From an uncultured beta proteobacterium (GTDB lineage: Bacteria > Pseudomonadota > Gammaproteobacteria > Burkholderiales > Rhodocyclaceae), in NCBI GenBank assembly GCA_903922075.1, contig CAIXSK010000006.1:1-51680 (forward strand): a DNA stretch of 51,680 nt. The letters are read 5' to 3'. This document shows positions 43,408 through 51,680 of this stretch, piece after piece. How positions within the stretch are numbered: position 1 is the first letter of the stretch; the number at the start of each line of letters is the position of its first letter. The notes under the pieces are model-generated. The model saw only the letters and a program-made list of their open reading frames with translations, was not told where the DNA came from and ran no database searches. The position numbers and the translations under genes are program-made.

Positions 43408-44585
43408 GCCGCGTCCCCGGCTGCATTGCAGGCCGCATCGCAGCCTTCTTCCAGCCGGCGCAACGCTTCGTCCAGCGTGCTGCGCGGGCAGCCGAAGTTG
43501 AGGCGCAGCCAGCCCGGGGCGCCGAAGTCGGCGCCGTCCGACAGACCCAGGCCATGCGCTTCGAAATGCGCGGCGGGGTCGGCCAGGCCAAGCTCGCGGA
43601 CGTCGATCCAGGCCAGGTAGGTGGCTTCGACAAAATTCATTTTTAGCTGTTTTTTGCCATCGACCGTAGCATTTACCCGGTCGCGGTTGGCGGCGAGGTA
43701 GGCGATCAGTTCGCGGTGCCAGTCGGCGCAATCGCGGTAGGCGGCTTCGCAGGCGGCCAGCCCGAGCACGTTCACATGTGGCACGATGCCGTGCATGGCG
43801 CGTTCGAAGCGGTGGCGCAGTTTCGCGTCGGAAATGACCGCGAAGGCGCAGCCCAGGCCGGGGATGTTGAAGGTCTTGGACGGCGCCATCAGCGTGATCG
43901 TCCGCTGGGCGATCTCCGGCGACAGGCTGGCAAAGGGGATGTGGCGCTGGTCGGCGTCGAGGATCAGGCCGCAGTGGATTTCGTCGGAACAGACGATCAG
44001 GTCGTGGGCTTCGGCGAAGGCGGCGAGGTCGAGCAGTTCTTCCCGGCTCCAGCAACGGCCGACCGGGTTGTGCGGATGGCAGAGCAGGAACAGCCGCGAT
44101 GCTACGACCATAGAATCAAAGGCTGGCCCTAGGGTCGCCGCCTTTTTCAGGGCAAATTCATCAAAATGCCAGCGGCCGTCGCTGTTCGCCAGTTCGACGC
44201 GATTCAGCTTGCGGCCGGAAAAATGCGGCGCCGATAGAAACGGCGGATAGATCGGCGTCGCCGTCAGCACCTCGCCGTCAACGGCCCGGCAGGCGACATT
44301 CAACCCGGTGACCAGCCCCGGCAGCCAGACGATCCATTCCGGTTCAATGCGCCAGCTGTATTCGCCTTCAAGGTGAGCGAGCACTGACTCCGTCAGCGAC
44401 GGCCAGGGGCCGCCATAGCCGAAGACGCCGTGATCGATGCGCCGGTGCAGGGCCTCGAGCACCGGCGGCGGCGCCGCGAAATCCATGTCGGCGACCCACA
44501 ACGGCAGCACGTCGCGACCGGCGTACCTGCCCCATTTGATGGAGTCGGAGTTACGCCGGTCGGGCGGAGTGTCGAACGGGCTCAA
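43404..44585 (-). CDS. PatB/MalY-family PLP C-S lyase
   Basis: [43 protein letters not shown]; TTG start overlaps the cysK stop. Confidence 0.92.
   Translation of the reverse strand: MSPFDTPPDRRNSDSIKWGRYAGRDVLPLWVADMDFAAPPPVLEALHRRIDHGVFGYGGPWPSLTESVLAHLEGEYSWRIEPEWIVWLPGLVTGLNVACRAVDGEVLTATPIYPPFLSAPHFSGRKLNRVELANSDGRWHFDEFALKKAATLGPAFDSMVVASRLFLLCHPHNPVGRCWSREELLDLAAFAEAHDLIVCSDEIHCGLILDADQRHIPFASLSPEIAQRTITLMAPSKTFNIPGLGCAFAVISDAKLRHRFERAMHGIVPHVNVLGLAACEAAYRDCADWHRELIAYLAANRDRVNATVDGKKQLKMNFVEATYLAWIDVRELGLADPAAHFEAHGLGLSDGADFGAPGWLRLNFGCPRSTLDEALRRLEEGCDAACNAAGDAA
43640..43673 (-). repeat. Dispersed motif copy (perfect core) in patB
   Basis: Reverse strand AATGCTACGGTCG ATGGC AAAAAA CAGCT AAAAA. 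Confidence 0.95.
44098..44158 (+). repeat. Two degenerate motif copies offset by 27 bp in patB
   Basis: GATGCTACGACCA at 44098; GGCCCTAGGGTCG CCGCC TTTTTC AGGGC AAATT at 44125. Confidence 0.5.
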
Positions 44586-45514
44586 ACTTCCAGGTTCTGG
44601 TACAGGGCCGTAGACAGATAGCGCTCGCCGAACGACGGAATGATCACGACGATCAGCTTGCCGGCGTTTTCCGGGCGCTTGGCCAGTTCGAGCGCAGCCC
44701 AGGTCGCGGCGCCGGAGGAAATGCCGACGAGCAGCCCCTCCTCCGTCGCCATGCGGCGGGCGATGGCGAAGGCGTCGTCGTTCTTGACGCGGATCACCTC
44801 GTCGTAGATGGCGGTGTTCAACACGGCCGGCACGAAGCCGGCGCCCAGGCCCTGGATCGGGTGCGGGCCCTTCTGGCCGCCGGAGAGGACCGGCGAGGCA
44901 TCGGGCTCGACGGCGACGATCTGCACACCCGGTTTGCGGGCCTTGAGCACCTCGCCGACGCCGGTCACCGTACCGCCGGTGCCGACACCGGAGACGAAGA
45001 TGTCGACCTGGCCGTCGGTATCGCGCCAGACTTCCTCGGCCGTCGTGTTGCGGTGCACCTCCGGATTGGCCGGGTTCTCGAACTGCTGCGGAACGAAATA
45101 ACGGGCGTCGCTCGCGGCCAGCGCATTGGCCTTGGCGATGGCGCCGCTCATGCCCTCGGGGCCGGGGGTCAGGATCAGCTCGGCGCCGTAAGCCTTCAAC
45201 AGCAGCTTGCGCTCGCGGCTCATCGTCTCCGGCATCACGAAGGCGCACTTGATGCCGCGCGCCGCGCAGACCATTGCCAGGCCGATGCCGGTGTTGCCGG
45301 AAGTCGGCTCCAGCACGACCGTATCCGGGCCGATCTTGCCGGCTGCGGCAGCCGCGTCGAGCATCGCCACCGCAATGCGGTCCTTGACGCTGTGGCCCGG
45401 GTTGAAGAATTCCAGCTTGGCAGCGATCGTGGCGCCGGCGCCTTCGGTGATGCGGTTGAGTTTGACCAGCGGGGTGTTGCCGATCAGGTCGGTGACGTTA
45501 TTGGCGATTTTCAT
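44582..45514 (-). CDS. cysK: Cysteine synthase A
   Basis: [47 protein letters not shown]. Confidence 0.96.
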   Translation of the reverse strand: MKIANNVTDLIGNTPLVKLNRITEGAGATIAAKLEFFNPGHSVKDRIAVAMLDAAAAAGKIGPDTVVLEPTSGNTGIGLAMVCAARGIKCAFVMPETMSRERKLLLKAYGAELILTPGPEGMSGAIAKANALAASDARYFVPQQFENPANPEVHRNTTAEEVWRDTDGQVDIFVSGVGTGGTVTGVGEVLKARKPGVQIVAVEPDASPVLSGGQKGPHPIQGLGAGFVPAVLNTAIYDEVIRVKNDDAFAIARRMATEEGLLVGISSGAATWAALELAKRPENAGKLIVVIIPSFGERYLSTALYQNLEV

Positions 45515-45595
45515 GGTGGACTCCGGAAAGAGATGCGGAATTGTAGGCGACTCTGCCCTTGTCGTGGGTGGGTCGGTCAGCGGCATGCTCGCCCC

Positions 45596-46585
45596 CTACT
45601 TTTTCAGGTAAATCTGGTCAAAGCTGCCGCCGTCGGCGAAGTGTGTCTTCTGCGCCTTCTGCCAGCCGCCGAAGGTGTCGGCGATGGTCACCAGCTTCAG
45701 TTTCGGGAACTGCGCGGCGTACTTGGCCGCCACCTTGGCGTCGCGCGGCCGGTAATAGTGTCGGGCGGCGATGTTCTGGCCTTCCTCGGAGTACAGGTAG
45801 TCGAGGTAGGCCTGCGCGGTCAGCCGCGTACCGCGCTTCTCGACCACCTTGTCCACCACGGCGACCGGCGGTTCGGCCAGGATGGACAGGCTGGGGGCGA
45901 CGATCTCGAACTTGCCCTTGCCGATTTCATTGACCGCCAGTTGCGCCTCGTTCTCCCAGGCGATCAGCACGTCGCCGAGGCCGCGTTCGACAAAGGTGGT
46001 GGTCGAGCCGCGCGCCCCGGAATCGAGCACCGGCACGTTCTTGAAGATCGCCGTGACCAGCTCCTTGGCCTTCTGCTCGTTGCCGCCCGGCTGCTTCAGC
46101 GCCCAGGCCCAGGCCGCCAGGTAATTCCAGCGGGCGCCGCCGGAAGTTTTCGGGTTGGGGGTGATCACGGCGACGCCCGGTTTGGCCAGGTCGCCCCAAT
46201 CCTTGATCCCCTTCGGGTTGCCCTTGCGAACCAGGAAGACGATGGTCGAGGTGTAAGGCGATGAATTGTGCGGGAAGCGTGTCTGCCAGTCGGCCGGGAT
46301 CAGATTGCGCTCGACCAGCGCGTCGATGTCGTAGGCCAGCGCCAGCGTCACCACGTCCGCCTCCAGCCCGTCGCGTACCGCCATCGCCTGCTTGCCGGAG
46401 CCGCCGTGCGACTGGCGGAAAGTCAGCGCCTGCCCGCTCTTCGCCTGCCAGTGTTTGGCGAAAGCGGCGTTGTAATCCTTGTACAGCTCGCGGGTTGGGT
46501 CGTAGGACACGTTGAGCAGCGAGGTCTGGGCCACGGCGCTGCCGAATGCTACGGTCGCCGCCAAAAAAAGGCCAAATTTGCGCAC
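45596..46585 (-). CDS. sbp: Sulfate ABC transporter substrate-binding protein
   Basis: [38 protein letters not shown]. Confidence 0.95.
   Translation of the reverse strand: MRKFGLFLAATVAFGSAVAQTSLLNVSYDPTRELYKDYNAAFAKHWQAKSGQALTFRQSHGGSGKQAMAVRDGLEADVVTLALAYDIDALVERNLIPADWQTRFPHNSSPYTSTIVFLVRKGNPKGIKDWGDLAKPGVAVITPNPKTSGGARWNYLAAWAWALKQPGGNEQKAKELVTAIFKNVPVLDSGARGSTTTFVERGLGDVLIAWENEAQLAVNEIGKGKFEIVAPSLSILAEPPVAVVDKVVEKRGTRLTAQAYLDYLYSEEGQNIAARHYYRPRDAKVAAKYAAQFPKLKLVTIADTFGGWQKAQKTHFADGGSFDQIYLKK
46545..46578 (+). repeat. Dispersed motif copy (perfect core) in the sbp signal-peptide region
   Basis: AATGCTACGGTCG CCGCC AAAAAA AGGCC AAATT. Confidence 0.95.
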
Positions 46586-46697
46586 GGGAGACTCCAGTCA
46601 ATTGAAATAAATTCGGGATGACTGGAGTCTAGGCAGGCGTCGTTATTCTGTAAAAGAATTGATTTGCACAAAAATATAACCAGAACGAATTAATCGG

Positions 46698-47084
46698 TTA
46701 AGCCATCGAATGCAGGCCGATCAGGTTGCCCTCGGTATCATTGACCAAGGCGATGAAGCCATGGGGGGCGATGGACATCTTCGGTTTGAAAAAGGCACCG
46801 CCGCTGGCCGCCGCCCTCGCCGCCTCGACGCCGCAATCGGCGCAGCCGAAATAGACCAGGGTGCTCCCGCCGGAAGGGCAGCCGGGCATCTTGACCAGGG
46901 TTCCGGTCGCTCCGTACTGCTCCATCGACGACGGAAAGGCCAGCATCTCCATGCCGGGAAAGGCCACGCCGTCCGGATTGCCCAGCGGGCTGAGCTGACA
47001 CTGGAAGACGGCCTCGTAGAAGGCTTTGGCGCGGGCTATGTCCTGGACATAGATTTCAAACCAGACAACGGGGTTGGCAGCCAT
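46698..47084 (-). CDS. VOC/glyoxalase family protein
   Basis: NPVVWFEI, RAKAFY, DTEGNLIGLHS. Confidence 0.9.
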   Translation of the reverse strand: MAANPVVWFEIYVQDIARAKAFYEAVFQCQLSPLGNPDGVAFPGMEMLAFPSSMEQYGATGTLVKMPGCPSGGSTLVYFGCADCGVEAARAAASGGAFFKPKMSIAPHGFIALVNDTEGNLIGLHSMA

Positions 47085-47357
47085 GATTTCTCCTTGGAAA
47101 ACGGTGGTGGGGGCGGGTATGGAATCATCCGGCGAGGCGTCGTCGATCGGATTGCCGGGCCATGATCGAAGGGTGTGACCGCCAATGTCGACGGAATATC
47201 CGAAGCTTCGACTGGGCTGCCGCGGGAGGGTTCATGGCTTTTTGGCGTCCGCCCTCCATGGCGCCCGCCAAGGCGCCGCCAGATGCGCGACGGTGACTTG
47301 TGAGGGGACTCGGGATCGTCCACAATCTGCGCGCCATTTTCCTGGAGAGCAACAATA

Positions 47358-48353
47358 ATGTCCCACGCCAAACTTTGTCGGCCCGCGCTGGCTTTTGCGC
47401 TTGCCCTGCTGGTGGCGCCTGTGCAGGCGCAGACGACCGAGCCGGTCAAGCCGGTGTACAACATCAATGTGGTCAATCCCGAGGATCTGCTCGACTACAA
47501 CAAGACCGTTGTTGTGCCTACGGCCTACGTGACGCTGCTGACCGACGGGCGGGTCTCGGCCGTCAAGCAGGCCGGCATGTTCCAACGTGGTTCGGGGTCG
47601 GCCGGCGCCAGCGCGAGCTATCGCGTTCAGGGGCTGGACAAGGCATACGCGCAGAGCCTGGCCCAGGCGGCCTACGACGACTTCGTCGTCCAGATGCGCC
47701 AGGCTGGCTACAAGGTCCTGACGTATGCCGACATCCGCGACGCCGATCTGATCAAGGGCGCGGCACGCGATACGACCGTCGGGGCGCTCGGCCTGCCGGT
47801 GTCTTCGCAGGGCGGTAACAACTTCGTCACCGCGGCGCCGAGCGACGAGCAACTCTTTGCCAGCGGCTTCGTCGGCGGCAAATTCTCGGAATTCATTAGC
47901 GGCGGTAAGTCGAAGATCACCGATGCTACGCTCATCATTCCGCATTACACCTTCGTAGCGCCGCAATCCTGGGCCGAGGGCAGCCGCGGGTACAACAGTG
48001 TTTCGGCCGAGGCAAATGTCGCACCGGGAATGAATTTGCTCGTCGCCAATGCCCACTGGATGGGGGCTCCCAAGTCGCGCATGATGAGCGGCATCCCCGG
48101 GGTGGCGACCAAGGAACAGGCGATCAACGTGACCGAAAAGGCAGGCGTGCTGGAAAAGACGGCCGATACCACGCCGCAGGTCGCCAATGCCTTGAGTTCG
48201 GTGCTTGGGGCCTTGACCGGGAAGGGCAGCATTCAGAAAAGCGCGGGCGAATACCAGCTCTCCATCGACCGCGACGCCTACACTGCGGGCATCCTGAACG
48301 GCGTGCGAGGCTTCAACGCCGAGGTCGCCAAGGCGGCAGGCGCGGCCAAGTAA
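47358..48353 (+). CDS. Secreted hypothetical protein
   Basis: GGAG RBS; signal peptide ending VQA; coding-like codon usage. Confidence 0.75.
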   Translation: MSHAKLCRPALAFALALLVAPVQAQTTEPVKPVYNINVVNPEDLLDYNKTVVVPTAYVTLLTDGRVSAVKQAGMFQRGSGSAGASASYRVQGLDKAYAQSLAQAAYDDFVVQMRQAGYKVLTYADIRDADLIKGAARDTTVGALGLPVSSQGGNNFVTAAPSDEQLFASGFVGGKFSEFISGGKSKITDATLIIPHYTFVAPQSWAEGSRGYNSVSAEANVAPGMNLLVANAHWMGAPKSRMMSGIPGVATKEQAINVTEKAGVLEKTADTTPQVANALSSVLGALTGKGSIQKSAGEYQLSIDRDAYTAGILNGVRGFNAEVAKAAGAAK

Positions 48354-48528
48354 CAAGGCTCTCGGGGTCCGGGCTCCCAGCCGGCTCAAAACCCGGCGTG
48401 TCGTCGTCGATCAGGGGTTGATAAACACGCTCGCCGGTCCGTTCCGACTTCTGCGCCGGCAGGCGGCGCCCCACGGTCAGGCCCGGTTGCGTGGGCCGGT
48501 CAAAAGCCCCCTGGCTCAGGTTTTTCCG

Positions 48529-48562
48529 ATTTTGGCCATTTTTTGGGGCCGACCGTAGCATT
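48529..48562 (-). repeat. Dispersed motif copy (perfect core), intergenic
   Basis: Reverse strand AATGCTACGGTCG GCCCC AAAAAA TGGCC AAAAT. Confidence 0.95.
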
Positions 48563-48647
48563 GGCCGGCGGGCGGCAGCGGGGGGCGCGCCGGACCGGCA
48601 AGCGTGGCTTTGCCAGTCGTTCATAGCGGCTGATGGCCGGCGTATTG

Positions 48648-48664
48648 TGTCGGGGTCTTTTACA
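48648..48664. promoter_or_regulatory. Candidate enhancer (bEBP) site
   Basis: TGT-N11-ACA (TGTCGGGGTCTTTTACA), about 60 bp upstream of the -24/-12 element. Confidence 0.45.
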
Positions 48665-48726
48665 GTTGCTATTGCGTATCGCTGCCGATGCAAGCCAAGT
48701 GTTTGTAAATAAGCGTAAATATAATC

Positions 48727-48742
48727 TGGCACGTTTAATGCT
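48727..48742 (+). promoter_or_regulatory. Sigma-54 -24/-12 promoter
   Basis: TGGCACGTTTAATGCT versus consensus TGGCACG-N4-TTGCW (1 mismatch). Confidence 0.75.
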
Positions 48743-48794
48743 TAACGATGACAGCCGCTGCAATTTCCAGGCGATCAATCAAGGAGAATTCAAC

Positions 48795-49466
48795 ATGTCG
48801 ATCAAAACCAAACTTGCCGTCGCGGGGTTGCTGTCGAGCGCCTGCCTGGCAGCCCAAGCTGCTCCAGTCACTTATCTGGGTTCGGATAACAACGTGTCCT
48901 CGCTGGCCCAGATGGTCAATTCGACCGCTGCCGCCGCATCTTTCCTGGCCGTTGCCGGTGCCCTGAACACGGTTGATTTCGAATCCCCGCTGCCGGCCAA
49001 TCTGACCATCACTGGCGGTACCACGACCAACAACTCCGGCTGCGGTGCCCTGTGCGGCTTCGACACCACCTCCGGTAGCGGCTTCTTCCGCAGCGTGGTT
49101 GGCGGTTCGGTGACCTTCAGCTTCACCAACCCGGTCGACGCCTTCGGCTTCTACGTCAATGGCCTGCAGACCGACCTGGTTCCGCAGCAGACCATCGTGT
49201 ATGTCGACGGCTCATCGGTTCAACAGATTCTCAACATGCCTTCCTCGATCAATGGCGGTGGTGCCTTCTTCGGCTTCATCGACTTTGGTCAGATGATTTC
49301 CAGCGTCACGTTCAACGCGACCAACGACATCCTGGCCTTCGACGACCTGCGTTTCGGCCGTTCGGAACGCGATCCGGGCAACAATGTGCCGGAACCCGCT
49401 TCCCTGGCCCTGCTTGGCCTCGGCCTGGCCGGTCTGGCCGCTGCTCGTCGCCGCAAGCCGATGTAA
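48795..49466 (+). CDS. PEP-CTERM sorting domain protein
   Basis: AAGGAG RBS; signal peptide; C-terminal VPEPASLALLGLGLAGLAAARRRK. Confidence 0.95.
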   Translation: MSIKTKLAVAGLLSSACLAAQAAPVTYLGSDNNVSSLAQMVNSTAAAASFLAVAGALNTVDFESPLPANLTITGGTTTNNSGCGALCGFDTTSGSGFFRSVVGGSVTFSFTNPVDAFGFYVNGLQTDLVPQQTIVYVDGSSVQQILNMPSSINGGGAFFGFIDFGQMISSVTFNATNDILAFDDLRFGRSERDPGNNVPEPASLALLGLGLAGLAAARRRKPM

Positions 49467-49519
49467 TTGCCTGACCCTCGGTCTGACCGGGCTGAAGATT
49501 CAGCCGGTCAGCAGATGGC

Positions 49520-49557
49520 AAAAAACGGATGAGTCCTCGGAATCATCCGTTTTTTTT
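49520..49557. terminator. Bidirectional intrinsic terminator
   Basis: AAAAAACGGATGA-N10-TCATCCGTTTTTTTT between convergent genes. Confidence 0.8.
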
Positions 49558-49573
49558 CGCCGACCGTAGCATT
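49540..49573 (-). repeat. Dispersed motif copy (perfect core) overlapping the terminator
   Basis: Reverse strand AATGCTACGGTCG GCGAA AAAAAA CGGAT GATTC. Confidence 0.93.
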
Positions 49574-49676
49574 CGAGCGCAAAAGCAAGGGCCTTGCGCT
49601 GCCCGACCAAGGCTTCCGCCCACTGGCCGGGCGATCCGGCCAGCGGTGTCGTTTCTTTGCTTGCGGTTAGCGCCGG

Positions 49677-51209
49677 TCAGCCGAGGAACAGCTTGTACGC
49701 CGGATTCTCGCTCTCGTCCCAGTGGGCATAGCCCAGGTTTTTCAGGAAGGCGCGAAACTCGCTCATCTCGCCCGGCGGCACCTGCATGCCGACCAGCACG
49801 CGGCCGTAGTCGGCGCCGTGGTTGCGGTAATGGAAGAGGCTGATGTTCCAGCCGGCGCTCATCTGGGTCAGGAAATTCATCAGGGCGCCCGGGCGCTCGG
49901 GGAATTCGAAGCGGTAGAGCAGCTCGCGCAGGCCCTTTTCGCAGGCTTGCGGCGCGTGGCCGCCGACCATGTGGCGAATATGGTTCTTGGCCATTTCGTC
50001 GTCGGTCAGGTCCAGCGTCGGGTAGCCGTGCTTCTGCAGGCTGTCGACCAGCTTCAGCGATTCCTTGCGGTCGCCGACCTGCACACCGACGAAAACGTGC
50101 GCCTCGGCCGCCGTGTGGTAGCGGTAGTTGAATTCGGTGACGTTGCGCTTGCCGATCAGGGCCAGGAATTTCTTGTAGGCGCCGGGCTTCTCGGGCAGCG
50201 TGACGGCGAACACCGCTTCGCGCTGCTCGCCGAACTCGGCGCGCTCGGCAACGAAGCGCAGGCGGTCGAAATTCATGTTGGCGCCGGAGGTCACGGCGAT
50301 CAGGTTCTTGTCCTTCAGCTTGTGCTGGCGGGCGTATTCCTTGGCCCCGGCGACGGCCAGCGCGCCGGCCGGTTCGAGGATCGAGCGGGTGTCCTCGAAG
50401 ACATCCTTGATCGCCGCGCAGATGGCGTCGGTATCGACCAGGATGACCTCGTCGAGGTATTCCTTGCACAGGCGGAAGGTTTCCTCGCCGACGAACTTGA
50501 CGGCGGTACCGTCGGCGAACAGGCCGACCTGCGGCAGGCGGACGCGGTGGCCTTTTTCCAGCGACTGCTTCATCGCGTCGGCATCGAAGGTTTCAACCCC
50601 GATGACCTTGATTTCCGGGCGCAGGCGCTTGATGTAGGCGGCCACGCCGGCGGCCAGCCCGCCACCGCCGATGGCGCAGAAGACGGCATGGATCGGCCCG
50701 TTGTGGCGCGAATGCTGGCGCAGGATTTCCATGGCCACGGTGCCCTGTCCGGCGATCACTTCCGGATCGTCGAAGGGGTGGACGAAGGTCAGCTTCTCGG
50801 TCTTTTCCAGTTCCAGCGCGTGGGCGTAGGCCTCGTCGTAGGAGTCGCCGTGCAGCACGACTTCGCCGCCGCGCCGCTTGACGGCGTCGATCTTGATGCC
50901 CGGCGTCGAGGTCGGCATGACAATGACCGCCCGGCAGCCAACCTTGGCCGCCGACAGTGCGACGCCCTGGGCATGGTTGCCGGCCGAGGCGCAGATGACG
51001 CCGCGTTTGAGTTTTTCGGCCGACAGGCTGGCGATCTTGTTGTAGGCGCCGCGCAATTTGAAGGAGAACACCGGCTGCATGTCCTCGCGCTTCAGGCTGA
51101 TCTTGTTGCCGACCCGGGCGGAAAGGTTGCCGGCCAGGTCGAGCGGCGTTTCGACGGCGACGTCGTAGACCTGTGCGTTGAGAACTTTTTCGAGATAATC
51201 CGGGTGCAT
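49677..51209 (-). CDS. ilvA: Biosynthetic threonine ammonia-lyase
   Basis: LKREDMQPVFSFKLRGA, SAGNHAQG, HPFDD, SGANMNF, FEFPERPGAL, FHYRNHG. Confidence 0.97.
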   Translation of the reverse strand: MHPDYLEKVLNAQVYDVAVETPLDLAGNLSARVGNKISLKREDMQPVFSFKLRGAYNKIASLSAEKLKRGVICASAGNHAQGVALSAAKVGCRAVIVMPTSTPGIKIDAVKRRGGEVVLHGDSYDEAYAHALELEKTEKLTFVHPFDDPEVIAGQGTVAMEILRQHSRHNGPIHAVFCAIGGGGLAAGVAAYIKRLRPEIKVIGVETFDADAMKQSLEKGHRVRLPQVGLFADGTAVKFVGEETFRLCKEYLDEVILVDTDAICAAIKDVFEDTRSILEPAGALAVAGAKEYARQHKLKDKNLIAVTSGANMNFDRLRFVAERAEFGEQREAVFAVTLPEKPGAYKKFLALIGKRNVTEFNYRYHTAAEAHVFVGVQVGDRKESLKLVDSLQKHGYPTLDLTDDEMAKNHIRHMVGGHAPQACEKGLRELLYRFEFPERPGALMNFLTQMSAGWNISLFHYRNHGADYGRVLVGMQVPPGEMSEFRAFLKNLGYAHWDESENPAYKLFLG

Positions 51210-51247
51210 GGGGCGCAACTCATTCAGGCAAAAGGGAGATTCTACGG

Positions 51248-51673
51248 GTGGAGTGGCTAAACGTCACGGCGGAAGCGGGGCTCGGTGGCCTGTTTTTGGC
51301 CAGTTTTCTGGCGGCGACCGTGTTGCCCGGCGGCTCGGAGCCGCTGTTGTGGGGTTTTTTGCAACTGCATCCAGCTGAAATGTGGCCGGCGCTGGCCCTG
51401 GCCACGCTCGGCAACACGGCCGGCGGCATGACTTCGTGGTGGTGCGGCCGCTACCTGCCGCGCTGGCAACGGCTGGAAAACCTGCCGCACAAGGAGCGCA
51501 TGGCGCGCTGGGGCAGCCCCGCCCTGCTTCTGTCGTGGCTGCCGCTGGTCGGCGATGCGCTGTGCGTGGCGGCCGGCTGGCTGCGCCTGCACTGGGCGCC
51601 CTGCTGCCTGTTCATGGCTGCCGGCAAGTTCGTCCGCTACTGGATTCTGGCTCAGGCTGCGATTCCGAACTGA
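51248..51673 (+). CDS. YqaA/DedA-family membrane protein
   Basis: SFLAATVLPGGSE, ATLGN, LLSWLPLVGDALC, GK..RY. Confidence 0.9.
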   Translation: MEWLNVTAEAGLGGLFLASFLAATVLPGGSEPLLWGFLQLHPAEMWPALALATLGNTAGGMTSWWCGRYLPRWQRLENLPHKERMARWGSPALLLSWLPLVGDALCVAAGWLRLHWAPCCLFMAAGKFVRYWILAQAAIPN

Positions 51674-51680
51674 ACCCGCA

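Noticed and set aside
46620-46697. AT-rich region upstream of sbp as a CysB site
   Set aside because: Plausible from context, but no specific site could be delimited
51294-51327. Reverse-strand ACGGTCG CCGCC AGAAAA CTGGC CAAAA in the YqaA gene
   Set aside because: Tail fits but core is only 7/13 and it encodes the family-conserved FLAATVLP; ambiguous, so not counted

Overview
High-GC betaproteobacterial chromosome segment. Gene content suggests Rhodocyclales (Dechloromonas/Azonexus-like), but this is inferred. It holds about 54 mostly housekeeping CDSs: dsbD-cutA, split nodI/nodJ-like ABC genes, a P-type ATPase, recA-recX-lptB-rpoN-hpf-ptsN-hprK, ttcA, a FIST/NosP protein plus hybrid kinase, cca, slt, a SoxYZ-like/MBL/TetR/TlpA operon, sbp-cysK-patB, a sigma54-type PEP-CTERM gene and ilvA. 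The most striking signal is not a gene but a dispersed, non-palindromic 34-bp DNA motif, AATGCTACGGTCG-N5-(A/T)6-N5-(A/T)5. I found 9 copies with a perfect 13-mer core and about 5 degenerate ones, on both strands, in intergenic DNA, next to a terminator, and in frame inside unrelated genes, where it dictates the peptides NATV and (A/S)TVAF. Its architecture resembles a DNA uptake sequence (Pasteurellaceae USS-like), but the core is one I do not recognise. Also present are a 110-bp MITE-like element, a LexA box, a small low-GC lipoprotein islet and a degenerate cyclase-FHA protein. All calls are by eye; no searches were run.
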